Shown: positions 20,450 through 31,161, counted from the stretch's first letter. The stretch is 58,889 nt of DNA from Deltaproteobacteria bacterium (GCA_019313825.1 JAFDAM010000004.1:1-58889), one strand, 5' to 3'. The notes: generated by a model not told the origin, from the sequence alone. Program-made: numbers and translations.

Positions 20450-21301
20450 CTATCCGTATGCTTTCATTATGTCTTTAAGTCTGGTCTTATCCACCTTTCT
20501 TGAAACAAGAGGGCCATCTTTTAAGACATTGAAATGTGATTCAAAGGACGGACGGTTATTCCTATATATAACACCTATAGGTATCTTATCTCCCCACTCG
20601 CAAGCAACCTTCATCGCCGATTCCCAATCATCGGGTTCGTAATCATGGGGCAGGGCGTAACACCTCTTATCATACCAGGCAAAGGTATTGACCTTGTTGA
20701 ACGAAACACAGGGCTGCAAGACATCAATCAGGGCAAACCCTCGATGGGCTATCCCCTGCTGGATCATCTCGGACAGATGTTCTATCCTGCCGGAAAATGC
20801 GCGGGCCACAAAACCTGCCCGCATGGCCACGGCCACGGCAATGGGATTGAAGGGCTCAGAAGGCACCCCAAGCGGCTGGGCCTTTGTAACGAAACCTCCG
20901 GCAGAGGTGGGGCTTGCCTGTCCCTTGGTAAGGCCGTACACTTGGTTGTTGTGCACTAAAAGAGTCAAGTCAACATTCCGGCGTATGACGGCTAACAGAT
21001 GGTTTCCGCCTTCCCCGTAATTACACCCGTCTCCGCTCTCTACAAGAACAGTAAGCCCCGGATTGGCCAGTTTTACACCGGTGGCAACCGGAAGTGACCG
21101 GCCGTGAAGGCCGTTGAACAGGTTCGTATTCAGATAATGGGGTGCCTTTGCAGCCTGCCCTATGCCTGAAACAAACAGGACCTGGTGAGGTGCCAGCTGC
21201 CTTTCCACCAGGGCCTTTTTTACTGCTTCTGAAATGGAAAAATTTCCACAGCCAGGGCACCATGCTGTCTCATATTTCCCATAGTCATCTATAGTAACCA
21301 T
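20450..21301 (-). CDS. korB: 2-oxoacid:ferredoxin oxidoreductase beta subunit
   Basis: WCPGCG, SGIGQ, LHGR, GDG, NNQVYGLTKGQASPT, QPCVSFN. Confidence 0.93.
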   Translation of the reverse strand: MVTIDDYGKYETAWCPGCGNFSISEAVKKALVERQLAPHQVLFVSGIGQAAKAPHYLNTNLFNGLHGRSLPVATGVKLANPGLTVLVESGDGCNYGEGGNHLLAVIRRNVDLTLLVHNNQVYGLTKGQASPTSAGGFVTKAQPLGVPSEPFNPIAVAVAMRAGFVARAFSGRIEHLSEMIQQGIAHRGFALIDVLQPCVSFNKVNTFAWYDKRCYALPHDYEPDDWESAMKVACEWGDKIPIGVIYRNNRPSFESHFNVLKDGPLVSRKVDKTRLKDIMKAYG

Positions 21302-21325
21302 TTATTCCCTCGCTCTGTTTCCCCT

Positions 21326-23005
21326 TCATCTGTTCATTTCACGCAAGATATACTCTGGTGTCAATGGCAAACCGTCATATCTGAGGACCTTCTCTTCTAT
21401 ATTAAATCCTGTCTCTCTCCTGATCAGTCTTGCAAATTGACCTGTGGCGTTACTTTCTATGCAGATTACTTTCTCTGCCTGTCTTAAGATATCCATGAAA
21501 TTCTCCGGTACGAGGGGCCAGATCTGGGAGAAATGCAGAGTAGAAGCATTTAAACCGTCTGACCTCATAAGGGATGCCGCCTCTGTTACTGCTCCTTTAC
21601 TAGAGCCCCAGGATAACAGCAGAAGATCGGCATCCTCCTCGCCAACCAGATCAGGAGGTACTACCTCACTTCTCATTCCCCTTTCCTTTCTCCTTCTTTT
21701 CTCCACCATGCGCTTGCGCATGGTAAGATCTTCAGTAATGTGTCCTTCTTCCGTATGCTCGTCACTGTCCGCCACCACCAGATGTTCGGTCATGCCGGGG
21801 AGAAGTCGCGGTGATATTCCGTTTTCCGTAATGGCATAGCGTGCATAATTTGAGGTTTCTGAGGCCTGTTCTCCGGCCCTTATTGATGACAGTTGATCAA
21901 TTCCAAAAGGGGTCACAGCGCGGTATGAATCGGCAAGAAACTGGTCGGTTAAAAGGAATACAGGGCCCTGATATCTCTCCGCCAACTCAAAGGCCCTTCT
22001 CGTTAGGTGAAAGCACTCCTCAATCGTACCAGGGCTGAATATGGCCCGGGGGAATTCTCCGTGGCCGGAGTGAAGTACAAACTCGAGATCAGCCTGCTCG
22101 GTCCGAGTGGGCAGTCCGGTGGCCGGGCCGGGTCGCTGGGCAACAACGATAACGATAGGGGTTTCGGTCATGGCCGCAAGGCTGACCCCCTCCACCATCA
22201 GGGCGAACCCGCCTCCTGATGTCGCAACCATGCTTGGAGCGCCGGCAAAGGACGCTCCGACGGCCATGTTGATTGCCGCAATCTCATCCTCCGCCTGTTC
22301 CACAATTATACCGGCTCTCTCTGCATGCCCTGCAAGGTTGAGGACAATGGAGGTCGAAGGCGTCATGGGATAAAAGGCACAGAACCTCAAACCGGATGTA
22401 AGGGCCCCGAGGGAAATGGCCTCGTTGCCGTTCATCATCAGGCGTCGGGGAGGATTGGAAAAGTCAGGCAGCATAAAGCCGGATATGCTGTTTTCAGTCG
22501 CCCACTTGACGGCCCTGACGAGGGCATCCCTGTTTTTTTCCACAAGAGAGGCACCTTTCTTGCCGAAATAGTAATCCAGTGTCCCGGCCATCAAGTTCTC
22601 ATCCAAGCCGATAATGGCTCCCGCAACACCTATCGCAACTGTATTTGAAAACCTCTTCTCAGACAATTCACTGAAAGGCACTTTAAGAAAAGAATCACCG
22701 CTTAATCCAAAGGAGTCATCGAGTATAACAAGGCCTTCAGGCGAAAGATGATCACGATGCTGAATTACCGTATCACCGTTAAGCGCGACGAGGAGGTCAA
22801 CCGATTTCCTAGGGGCAATAACTTCATCAACACCCACCCTGATGGCAAAGCTGTTATGACCGCCCCTGATACGGGACTGGTAGCTCTGGGTAACGACAAT
22901 GGAATAACCTTTTCGAACAAGGCTTTTTGAAAGAATCTGCCCAACCGTTACTAAACCTTGACCGGCTTCACCGCCAATAAGGATATTCAGATCTCTGTCT
23001 CTCAT
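21326..23005 (-). CDS. korA: 2-oxoacid:ferredoxin oxidoreductase alpha subunit
   Basis: GGEAGQG, IRGGH, YPMTPST, QAEDEIAA, TSGGG, RPGPATGLPT. Confidence 0.93.
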   Translation of the reverse strand: MRDRDLNILIGGEAGQGLVTVGQILSKSLVRKGYSIVVTQSYQSRIRGGHNSFAIRVGVDEVIAPRKSVDLLVALNGDTVIQHRDHLSPEGLVILDDSFGLSGDSFLKVPFSELSEKRFSNTVAIGVAGAIIGLDENLMAGTLDYYFGKKGASLVEKNRDALVRAVKWATENSISGFMLPDFSNPPRRLMMNGNEAISLGALTSGLRFCAFYPMTPSTSIVLNLAGHAERAGIIVEQAEDEIAAINMAVGASFAGAPSMVATSGGGFALMVEGVSLAAMTETPIVIVVAQRPGPATGLPTRTEQADLEFVLHSGHGEFPRAIFSPGTIEECFHLTRRAFELAERYQGPVFLLTDQFLADSYRAVTPFGIDQLSSIRAGEQASETSNYARYAITENGISPRLLPGMTEHLVVADSDEHTEEGHITEDLTMRKRMVEKRRRKERGMRSEVVPPDLVGEEDADLLLLSWGSSKGAVTEAASLMRSDGLNASTLHFSQIWPLVPENFMDILRQAEKVICIESNATGQFARLIRRETGFNIEEKVLRYDGLPLTPEYILREMNR

Positions 23006-23225
23006 ATCACGTTCTCCCTTATATGATATTGAAGCAACAGGATGGCGCTCAGAAACAATATGCCTGCGACTTCTTGACACAGCGTTCGGATAATTGCGGG
23101 AATTGCACTAAGAGTTCAGCCTGTCAAAGCGACTCGGCTTCTTTGATAACCAGGAGATATCATCGTTAGATTCCAAGTGGCTTACCTTCCTTAGCCTTCG
23201 GCCTACTCTCCTGCGTGCTTACAAG

Positions 23226-23732
23226 TTACTTTTTTAATGAATGCAAACTATCGTTCAAAAACCTTATATGTTTCATTTCCTCCTTGATTATATTTTCGAT
23301 TTTATCTTTGCCGAGCTTTTCAGGGACAAACTCCTTCATTCCCAGGTAAAAAACAATAGCTTCCTTCTCAAGACCAATGGCCGCCCTTAATATCTTTCTC
23401 GCCTTTTCCTCCTTTGATATTCCCTCAGGAATGACAAAACTATCGCCTGCCTTTTCGTCAAAAACACGGAGATCTGCCAGGGCACGAAGATACAGCACCG
23501 ATTCTCCTTCAGGGTCGAAAACCGTTGGCTCTTTTTCCCGATCAGACAGATCCGCTCTCATGGAGATGAATAGTTTTTCATGCTCCTCTTCCATTGCCGC
23601 AAGATCAAGAAACAGTTGCTGAATTGGGGAACTTGAGACATTTTCCGCGTTCTGACGATAAAATCGTGTCCCATTTCTCTCAATCTGTTCCGCTATCTCG
23701 AATATCTCATCCACATTAAAATCATAAACCAT
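23226..23732 (-). CDS. Ferritin-like/rubrerythrin diiron-domain protein
   Basis: AEQIERNG..FY, EEEH, AIGLEKE..FY, EEMKH. Confidence 0.9.
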   Translation of the reverse strand: MVYDFNVDEIFEIAEQIERNGTRFYRQNAENVSSSPIQQLFLDLAAMEEEHEKLFISMRADLSDREKEPTVFDPEGESVLYLRALADLRVFDEKAGDSFVIPEGISKEEKARKILRAAIGLEKEAIVFYLGMKEFVPEKLGKDKIENIIKEEMKHIRFLNDSLHSLKK

Positions 23733-23763
23733 AATACAGTCTGCTCCTTTCATTTCAGCATAC

Positions 23764-24245
23764 TTAAATGATTTTTAACGGAAAACGGCGAAAATCGGGG
23801 TCCTGTTTATAAAAAGCCATATTTCCCCCTGAGCCTCTCCGACAATTTCCCGACAGACTCAAAGGCCGCTTCAACGGTTTTTTCTCCATCCGGGTTGATA
23901 AGGCAACAGTGGCCGGCGACAGCAGGCTTTTTGATAGCATATGATCAAGATCAATCCCTTTCCCCCTGAGGATTTGCCATATCTCTAAGAGCCGTGCCTC
24001 AAGGGAATCAATATTCTCCTCCATGAAGGGCTCAAAGTTGGTGGGAACGATCCCCCATACAAGTACACCGCCGCGATCCAGAAACCTCTTGATGCCTGCA
24101 CATACATATCTTCATAGTAACTGTAATTAGGAAGCTGGGGCCAGAAGGGTATATCCATAGACAAGGCCACTTCCATTGCCCTCTCGATATCTTTGTGGGG
24201 CATCACGGCCATTGCCGTAGTGAGCAGATTCCCGGGAATAGTCAT
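23764..24245 (-). pseudogene. Internally deleted MetE/URO-D-fold protein gene
   Basis: PFWPQLP..EDMY N-terminus joined out of frame to WGIVPT..LLSPAT C-terminus. Confidence 0.65.
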
Positions 24246-24264
24246 CTGAGTCGTTTCCTTGGAG
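24091..24264. repeat. 174-bp direct repeat, copy 1
   Basis: Matches 26902-27075 with 6 mismatches. Confidence 0.92.
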
Positions 24265-24270
24265 ATGGCC

Positions 24271-24744
24271 TCACATCTCCTGCATGTAGACACTCTCATA
24301 TAGAGTTTCAAGGCGTGCGAGATGATTCTCCTCGTCCTTATATAGCTCTTTAAACATCTCCGCCATTGGGGCCCCGGTGCATTGTTCGGCCATCTTCCCA
24401 TAATAATCCATTGCTCGCTTCTCTTCGTGAATTGCAAAGATCATGACATCCTGGTCCGTGGAGTTTTCACTTAATGGCTTTTCCTTCAGCATTATTGAAA
24501 GGTTCATACTTGGACCTTCATCCTTGCCCGAAGAATCCAACATGACGGCATCCTCAAAAAGGGCCTTTTCAAGTATATATTTATGCTTCAGTTCATCGAG
24601 GGCAAGATCCTTTAAAAGATCCCTGGTTCTTGATTCCTTGATCCTGAAATACGCGTTTCTATATGCCTCAAAACTCTTAGTCTCCATCTCAATCGCCTTT
24701 TCCAACGCTACTTCCTGCGTATAACATACATTTTCAGTTTCCAT
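24271..24744 (-). CDS. Ferritin-like/rubrerythrin diiron-domain protein
   Basis: AIEME..Y, DELKH, AIHEEK..YY, DEENH. Confidence 0.9.
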   Translation of the reverse strand: METENVCYTQEVALEKAIEMETKSFEAYRNAYFRIKESRTRDLLKDLALDELKHKYILEKALFEDAVMLDSSGKDEGPSMNLSIMLKEKPLSENSTDQDVMIFAIHEEKRAMDYYGKMAEQCTGAPMAEMFKELYKDEENHLARLETLYESVYMQEM

Positions 24745-24830
24745 TTAATTCCTCCTTTTTAACTTGTCTATCCATATTAAAAACAAGGCGACTACTCAGG
24801 TGGATAGGCTAAGCAGTTACGGTTATTATA

Positions 24831-26495
24831 CTATTTCCCTGTCATCATAGCCTCGATATCCTCCTCGACCGTACCTATAGGCTTGATATCAAAATTTTTC
24901 ACAAGGACATTGAGAACTGTGGGAGATACAAATGCAGGAAGCGTGGGCCCTAGCCTGATTCCCTTCACTCCCAGGTGAAGAAGAGCAAGAAGAACCGCGA
25001 CAGCTTTCTGTTCATACCATCCAATATCAAAGGAGATCGGGAGATCATTAATGTCATCGAGTTCAAAGACCTCTTTCAGCTTCAATGCGATAACGGCAAG
25101 GGAATAGCAGTCATTGCACTGACCTGCGTCGAGTAGTCTCGGAATACCGCCTATATCACCCAGGTCAAGTTTATTGTAACGGTACTTTGCACAGCCTGCG
25201 GTCAAAATGATCGTATCTTTAGGAAGCTGCCGTGCAACCTCGGTAAAATAGGATCTCGACTTTTGGCGTCCATCGCAGCCCGCCATCACAATAAAGCGTT
25301 TGATGGCGCCAGATTTTACTGCATCCACGACCTTATCTGCCAATGCAAGAACCTGATTGTGGGCAAACCCACCAACAATCTTGCCGGTCTCAATTTCAAC
25401 GGGCGGGTCGCATTTCTTTGCCCGTTCTATGGCTTCGGAAAAGTCTTTTACTCCATCCTCCGGCCTGTCCGGGATATGCTTTGCGCCGGGATATCCTACC
25501 ACTCCGGTGGTAAAAAGCCTGTCCAGATAGGTGTTGTCCTTCCTGAGAGGAACAAGACAATTGGTAGTCAATATGATTGGACCGTTAAAGGATTCAAATT
25601 CCTTGTTTTGATGCCACCAGGAGCTTCCGTAGTTCCCCACAAAATGGTCGTATTTTTTGAATGCGGGATAGTAATTAGCAGGAAGCATTTCACTATGAGT
25701 ATAGACATCAACGCCAGTCCCTTCTGTTTGCTTCAGGAGTTCCTCCATGTCCTTGAGGTCATGCCCACTGATCAGTATCCCGGGATTGTTTCGAACTCCG
25801 ATATTTACTTCCGTAATTTCAGGATGTCCGTAGGCGGAAGTGTTGGCCTCATCAAGAAGTGCCATTGTGTTAAACGCTACCTCACCGGCTTTTAGGACCA
25901 TCGCGACCATTTCATCCACAGATAAATCCTTGGTAGTGGACGCCAGAGCTTCCATCAGGAAGGCGTAAATATCATCCTTTTCAAATCCAAGGATAGCCGC
26001 GTGGTCGGCATAGGCCGCGACGCCCTTTAATCCTATTATCAGAAGCGCCCTGAGCGAGCGCACATCTTCATCTTCTATCGCGAGAAAGCCCACGGATTTT
26101 GCCTTCTCATGAAATTCTGCTTCATCATCCGAATACCAGACAGCCGAATCATGTAGTTCCCCTGAGAATTCCTCGCCGTTTTTTTCCTTGTACGCAGCCA
26201 AAAACCGGGTTTTAAGTTCTTCGCGGATTTTCAGTCCATCCTTTATTTCATCGACAAACCATTCGTTTTTCCAATTTACGTTCGTGATGGTTGAGAAAAG
26301 GCCCTGCGCAATAAACAGGCCGGCTCTTTTATCCACAATCCCGAGCTCTTTTGCCTTTTCGCCATAAATGGAGATACCCTTCAAGACGTAAATCAACAGG
26401 TCGTGAAGATTAGCGAGGTCCTCCGGTTTTCCACAAACTCCCTTGATCGTACAGCCTGTATTTTTGGCTGTCTCCTGACATTGAAAACAAAACAT
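24831..26495 (-). CDS. hcp: Hybrid cluster protein (hydroxylamine/NO reductase)
   Basis: [46 protein letters not shown]. Confidence 0.97.
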   Translation of the reverse strand: MFCFQCQETAKNTGCTIKGVCGKPEDLANLHDLLIYVLKGISIYGEKAKELGIVDKRAGLFIAQGLFSTITNVNWKNEWFVDEIKDGLKIREELKTRFLAAYKEKNGEEFSGELHDSAVWYSDDEAEFHEKAKSVGFLAIEDEDVRSLRALLIIGLKGVAAYADHAAILGFEKDDIYAFLMEALASTTKDLSVDEMVAMVLKAGEVAFNTMALLDEANTSAYGHPEITEVNIGVRNNPGILISGHDLKDMEELLKQTEGTGVDVYTHSEMLPANYYPAFKKYDHFVGNYGSSWWHQNKEFESFNGPIILTTNCLVPLRKDNTYLDRLFTTGVVGYPGAKHIPDRPEDGVKDFSEAIERAKKCDPPVEIETGKIVGGFAHNQVLALADKVVDAVKSGAIKRFIVMAGCDGRQKSRSYFTEVARQLPKDTIILTAGCAKYRYNKLDLGDIGGIPRLLDAGQCNDCYSLAVIALKLKEVFELDDINDLPISFDIGWYEQKAVAVLLALLHLGVKGIRLGPTLPAFVSPTVLNVLVKNFDIKPIGTVEEDIEAMMTGK

Positions 26496-26741
26496 GATAA
26501 TCCTCCATTTTTCTAAAGTTAAATCGCCTGTTTGTAACACGCTTTCGAGTATTATGAAAGATAGGGCCCGTTAGAAAAGGACACGGGCTTCAAAACCCTT
26601 TTTAAGCAAAATTGTGCTCCTTGTGTTTTTCCGAAATAGACTCAGCCTGGTCACTCATAACCTCCTCTCGTGTCTTCCCCTTATCTTCAGCCTATCTACC
26701 TGAGTAGTCACCTTCTTTTTTAAGCAGTAATTTTCAGATTT

Positions 26742-27056
26742 TCAATCCGCCATCCCGTCTCTTCCCCGCGGGCCTCGCCTGGGTTTGCGATGGCGGGCAA
26801 GCGCAAGCGGACTCGTCGCGGACGGAAGGCGGATAAATTTATCCATGGAGAAGCGTAGGGTGCGTTTTTCCCTGTCCGGCAATATTCCTGGAAAATGCTC
26901 AGATGCATGCACATACATGTCTTCATAGTAACTGGAATGAGGAAGCTGGGGCCAGAAGGGTATATCCATAGACAAGGCCACTTCCATTGCCCTCTCGATA
27001 TCTTTGTGGGGCATCACGGCCATTGCCGTAGTGAGCAGATTCCCAGGAATAGTCAT
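26742..27056 (-). pseudogene. Second, 3'-truncated copy of the MetE-like gene, cut by a GC-rich repeat
   Basis: Same N-terminus as 24245; coding signal is lost at ~26835 in GC-rich palindromic sequence. Confidence 0.7.
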
Positions 27057-27075
27057 CTGAGTCGTTGCCTTGGAG
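26902..27075. repeat. 174-bp direct repeat, copy 2
   Basis: Offset 2811 bp from copy 1. Confidence 0.92.
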
Positions 27076-27204
27076 GCAGTTTTACTTTTAATCCACCCTT
27101 TTTTATGCGATTAATAATAAGATATTCTTTTTCCTTCCATCTTGGATCTCCTTTCATGTTTCAGCAATTGGTTTCAAGTCATAGTTAGGGATAAAGTAAG
27201 CCAC

Positions 27205-27675
27205 TTAATAAATTAACAGAACCGAAGCATCTTTTACGGACTGGAGCACCTTCTGCGATACACTTCCAAGAAAAAACTCCTTAATGCATGACAGCCCTTT
27301 TCTCCCCAGCACTATGGTATCATAACCCGAATTCGATTCATCGATGATACCCCTATCCACTCTTTTCTTTTGAGTCTCCACCTTGATAACTATGTCCTTT
27401 TCCTGAAATCCCGCCTGGAGGAGAAGTCCCTTGGCCTTTTCAAGGGCCTCGTTTATCAATGACTTCTTTTGGTCCTCCAATGAACAGAAGGAGTCTTTCT
27501 GAGCCAGAAAGTAAGGCGTGAGACTGGGACTGTTCATATCGCATATGGCATGAGTATCCAGAAGTACACTAAACAGAGTGATTTTGTGCTCGGGCTTAAA
27601 GGATTCCGCGATAAACTTTACAGCCCTCATGGCGTTTTCAGAGTCATCAACTGCTACTAATATTTTCTTTCCCAT
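27205..27675 (-). CDS. Universal stress protein
   Basis: KILVAVDDSE, IVLGRKG..FLGSVSQKV. Confidence 0.92.
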   Translation of the reverse strand: MGKKILVAVDDSENAMRAVKFIAESFKPEHKITLFSVLLDTHAICDMNSPSLTPYFLAQKDSFCSLEDQKKSLINEALEKAKGLLLQAGFQEKDIVIKVETQKKRVDRGIIDESNSGYDTIVLGRKGLSCIKEFFLGSVSQKVLQSVKDASVLLIY

Positions 27676-27803
27676 TGGTCACCTCTTAATAAAGTTTTGA
27701 ATTTATTAGCCAATCATCCGGGGGCATGCCCCAATACTGCGGCGCAGGCGGATGAGACATTATAATTTAAAAATCCACCTATACCCCATTTTTTTCTGCC
27801 GGT

Positions 27804-27903
27804 TTAATCCGCCAGAGGCGGATAAAGGTTTAATTCCCCGCCCCTTGGGGCGATAAGATGTCTTCCGCTTGATACATAGTTGCTAGCCGCGGAGTAGTTC
27901 ATT
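27804..27903 (+). mobile_element. ~100-bp hairpin-ended element, family C copy 1
   Basis: Alignable end to end with 31013-31111; begins aatccgccagaggcgga, ends ttcatt. Confidence 0.75.
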
Positions 27904-27945
27904 GTTTGGAAAATTACCGCTACCTGGTCATTGCAAAGGATATAA

Positions 27946-28134
27946 CTAATCCTTCGTCTTACAGGTGGATATACCAAAAAGCGCATAGGGTGGACACCAG
28001 CCCAGGGCGGCTGTAATGATTGGCAACAGCCCAATCGCTCCCCACCAGCTCTTGAAATAGGCGCCTACTGCAATCACAATAAGCCCAATAAGCACTCTGA
28101 CGATCCTGTCGGTCTTCCCAACGTTGCATTTCAT
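27946..28134 (-). CDS. DUF2892 (YgaP-like) small membrane protein
   Basis: MKCNVGKTDRIVR..GWCPPYALFGISTC; SD AAGGAGG. Confidence 0.9.
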   Translation of the reverse strand: MKCNVGKTDRIVRVLIGLIVIAVGAYFKSWWGAIGLLPIITAALGWCPPYALFGISTCKTKD

Positions 28135-28456
28135 AAATATCCCCTCCTTTATTGAGTAGAAACTTTCTCTTTTGTAACCCTTTAGCTCTTTGAAACTGAA
28201 GGTGCTCAGCAATCTCTTTCCAGGGACGAAAAGCTTTATGAGTAGAGCGATAGTAAGGTGCCACTCAGTCGGGCGGTTGGGCGTATATGTAGTGTGGTAT
28301 TCTCTTTCCGGCACATTATTGTGTCGGATAGCCGCCCGACGGGCTCTGTAGGCACGCCAAATAAGGATCACTGAATCAAGTTCGTCCCTTCCAAGAGATC
28401 CCCGAGCACCTTCCTATACGGTTATGTTTTAAAAAGGCTAAACTGTTACTCTCTTT

Positions 28457-29632
28457 TCAGTCAGACAGGATTTCATCCTTTATCCGCGAGACATCCTGTC
28501 TGTCGGATATCATCTTTGTGATTTTATTGAAGCCTTTTGTATCTCCCAGCATGATACAACCTATGATCTGATCGTTCTCAATGACGATTTTTTTATAGAC
28601 ATTTTCACCCGTGACCACCCTGGACTCGAATTCATTTTCAGCATCGATATTTCCGGCTGATGCCAGGTCAACTCCTACTACTTTAAGACTGTTGGCCATA
28701 GTAGTCCCTTCGTAGGTCATGTCTCCTCCGGCCATATTGGATCCGGCAATTTTGCCCTGCTCCATGGCAGCCGGCCAGATACCATAGGGCATGCCGCGGA
28801 ATTCAGCAACATCACCTGCCGCATAGATACCAGGCTGATTCGTCAGCAACCTCTCATCCACCTTAATACCCTTATCCTTGTCAAGGCCAAGGGGTTCCGC
28901 AAGCTCCATGTTGGGTCGTACACCTGCGGAGATTACAACCATCCCAGCGGGCAACCTCTCACCCCTGTCAAGGAGAACACCATCGGCACCATCGTCTCCG
29001 GTGATCTCCTCAGTCCTGGCACCCAAACTGAAGGCGAAGCCCATACCTTCCATGATGGATTGAAGCCTCTCTGCCCCGTACTCGTCAAGCTGCCGCGGGA
29101 GAAGCCTTGGGAAGAACTCCACCACTGTGACCTTCTTCCCCAGCTTTCTTAAGGCATTTCCAGCCTCAAGCCCAAGCAGCCCTCCACCGATAAGTACTAC
29201 CCCTTCAATATCCCTGGCCTTTTCAGAGATATCTCGGGCGTCTTGTATATTGCGCAGGGAAAATACTCCTCCTTTTTCAGACCCCTTTATAGGGGGAATA
29301 AACGAATGACTGCCTGTGGCAATAAGGAGTGAGTCATATCGGATACTCCGCCCATCCTCTGTTGTTACCACCTTCTCATTGGGATCTGCTCCAATGACTC
29401 GCGTTTTGAGCCCGATTTCAATATCATGATCTCCGTACCATTGATCACTTTTGAATATTATCCCCTGCTCATCAACGTCACCCGATAAATAGTCATTTAA
29501 TCTCGGACGGTAGTAGAACAAGAGATCTTCGTCTGTCACTATGATGATCTTGCCTTCCCTATCACCTTTGCGGATATTTTCCGCAGCAGTCGTTCCCGCA
29601 ACGCCGTTTCCTATAATAATATAGTCAGTCAT
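28457..29632 (-). CDS. NAD(P)H:rubredoxin oxidoreductase-like flavoprotein
   Basis: GNGVAG, YYRPRL, ATGS, GGGLLGLE, AAGDVAE. Confidence 0.88.
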   Translation of the reverse strand: MTDYIIIGNGVAGTTAAENIRKGDREGKIIIVTDEDLLFYYRPRLNDYLSGDVDEQGIIFKSDQWYGDHDIEIGLKTRVIGADPNEKVVTTEDGRSIRYDSLLIATGSHSFIPPIKGSEKGGVFSLRNIQDARDISEKARDIEGVVLIGGGLLGLEAGNALRKLGKKVTVVEFFPRLLPRQLDEYGAERLQSIMEGMGFAFSLGARTEEITGDDGADGVLLDRGERLPAGMVVISAGVRPNMELAEPLGLDKDKGIKVDERLLTNQPGIYAAGDVAEFRGMPYGIWPAAMEQGKIAGSNMAGGDMTYEGTTMANSLKVVGVDLASAGNIDAENEFESRVVTGENVYKKIVIENDQIIGCIMLGDTKGFNKITKMISDRQDVSRIKDEILSD

Positions 29633-29634
29633 AT

Positions 29635-29730
29635 CTAATCCTCCTTAGAAAATTCTCTATGAGCTCGATAGATCAGAAGCACCACTTCGTCAGCCAATTC
29701 AAACGCTCTGAGCTTCGTATGATCACGCAT
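29635..29730 (-). pseudogene. N-terminal fragment of a four-helix-bundle (23S rRNA IVP/bAvd-like) protein
   Basis: MRDHTKLRAFELADEVVLLIYRAHREFSKED*. Confidence 0.7.
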
Positions 29731-29795
29731 GATTCTCTCCTACAGCCTAAATACCTACAGCCTATCTACCTGAGCAGTTACGTCACACTTAACTA

Positions 29796-29948
29796 GTGTC
29801 CATCCAGAAATAATAAATCTGGATGGAGCGTTCAGCTCTCAGCGGTCAGCGATCAGCCAAATACCTTGAAATTAAATGCCTTTTGCTGACGGCTGAATGC
29901 TGATAGCTGATAGCATGAATCCAAAAACAGCTGTTTTTGGATGAACAC
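29796..29948. mobile_element. 153-bp MITE with 6-bp flanking duplication
   Basis: Ends GTGTCCATCCAGAAA / TTTTTGGATGAACAC; TAACTA at 29790-29795 and 29949-29954; internal inverted 7-mer TCAGC/GCTGA arrays. Confidence 0.8.
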
Positions 29949-30006
29949 TAACTATAATGTTCTCGTTATTCATTGTTACCCTCATGAATAGGGTTTTATC
30001 TTATTA

Positions 30007-30258
30007 CTATAGACGCGGATCTATATGACCCGGTCCGCCGCACTCCGGGGTGTAGCATGTAATGTTAGAAAATTCGCATTTCTCTTTACAAGACGGACAT
30101 GTGTCCGGCGGCGAAATCGCCGTGACCAGGAAGCCACATTTGCCGCATTTCCAGAAAGTCTTATTGCACTCAGGGCATATGTCAGCACTGAACTTACCGT
30201 CAGCAGTATAACCGCAATGGGCACACACCCATTTCTCCTGATTTTCTCCCATTTTCAT
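30007..30258 (-). CDS. Small tandem rubredoxin-like/zinc-ribbon protein
   Basis: CAHC..CPEC..CGKC..CPSC plus TCYTPECGG; SD GGAGG. Confidence 0.82.
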   Translation of the reverse strand: MKMGENQEKWVCAHCGYTADGKFSADICPECNKTFWKCGKCGFLVTAISPPDTCPSCKEKCEFSNITCYTPECGGPGHIDPRL

Positions 30259-30425
30259 AACCTCCATTTTTTAAGGTGATCTTTTCATGGATCTGCTTAT
30301 TCCGTCCCCCAAGGCCCTAGGAAGCCGCATATAGGAGGACCTTTAATTCTTCCTCTTTGATCTTCTCTTTTATCCTGATCTGGCTTGAACATAACAAGCG
30401 TTGAAACAGTGAAGTAATATGAATA

Positions 30426-30941
30426 TCATATCAGTCTATTTACGGCTTTCAACACAGCGTCATAGTCAGGTTCATCCGAGATTTCCTTAACGATCTGGAT
30501 ATAACGGATCATACCTTCACGATCCAGAACAAACACTGCTCTTGACAGCAACCGGAGCTCTTTAATCAAGACACCATAGGCAGTGCCAAAAGATGCATCA
30601 CGGTGATCAGACAGGGTAATCACCCTGTTCACACCGGCTGCTCCGCACCATCGCTTTTGGGCAAAGGGCAAGTCCATGCTTATGGTTAGTATTTGGACAT
30701 TCTCATCAAGTTCACCGGCCTCTTCATTGAACCTGCGTGTTTCCATGTCGCACACAGAAGTGTCCAGAGAAGGAACAGAGGAGATAACGGTGACCTTCCC
30801 CTTGAAAGACGATAGTTTGACGGAAGACAGGTCATTACCGAGGATTTCAAAGTCTGGAGCAGGGTCTCCTACCTGTAACTCTTTGCCTATCAGAGTCAAT
30901 GGATTGCCTTTCATTGTCACGATTCCTTTTCGCTCATCCAT
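30426..30941 (-). CDS. tpx: Thiol peroxidase
   Basis: VPSLDTSVC, ISMDLPFAQKRWC, EPDYD. Confidence 0.95.
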   Translation of the reverse strand: MDERKGIVTMKGNPLTLIGKELQVGDPAPDFEILGNDLSSVKLSSFKGKVTVISSVPSLDTSVCDMETRRFNEEAGELDENVQILTISMDLPFAQKRWCGAAGVNRVITLSDHRDASFGTAYGVLIKELRLLSRAVFVLDREGMIRYIQIVKEISDEPDYDAVLKAVNRLI

Positions 30942-31012
30942 TTTGCCTCCTTTCATCCCACTCAAATGGTTGCAAACGTCGTAATCTTCTAAACTTATAC
31001 GTGTAAAAAGTA

Positions 31013-31111
31013 TTAATCCGCCAGAGGCGGACAAGGGTTTAATTCTCCACCACTAAGGCGATAATATGTCTTCTGCTTGATATCCCGTTGTTTATAGCGG
31101 GTTAATTCATT
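31013..31111 (+). mobile_element. ~100-bp hairpin-ended element, family C copy 2
   Basis: Homologous to 27804-27903. Confidence 0.75.
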
Positions 31112-31161
31112 ACCGGGTCCGGCGTATCGCTGATTCTTCCAAATATCCATATCCGGCATGG

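Noticed and set aside
26602-26658. 18-aa ORF with strong SD upstream of hcp
   Set aside because: Cannot distinguish a leader peptide from a gene stump
28135-28400. N-terminal extension of DUF2892 or a separate gene remnant
   Set aside because: True start with SD is at 28134; upstream frames match nothing I recognise
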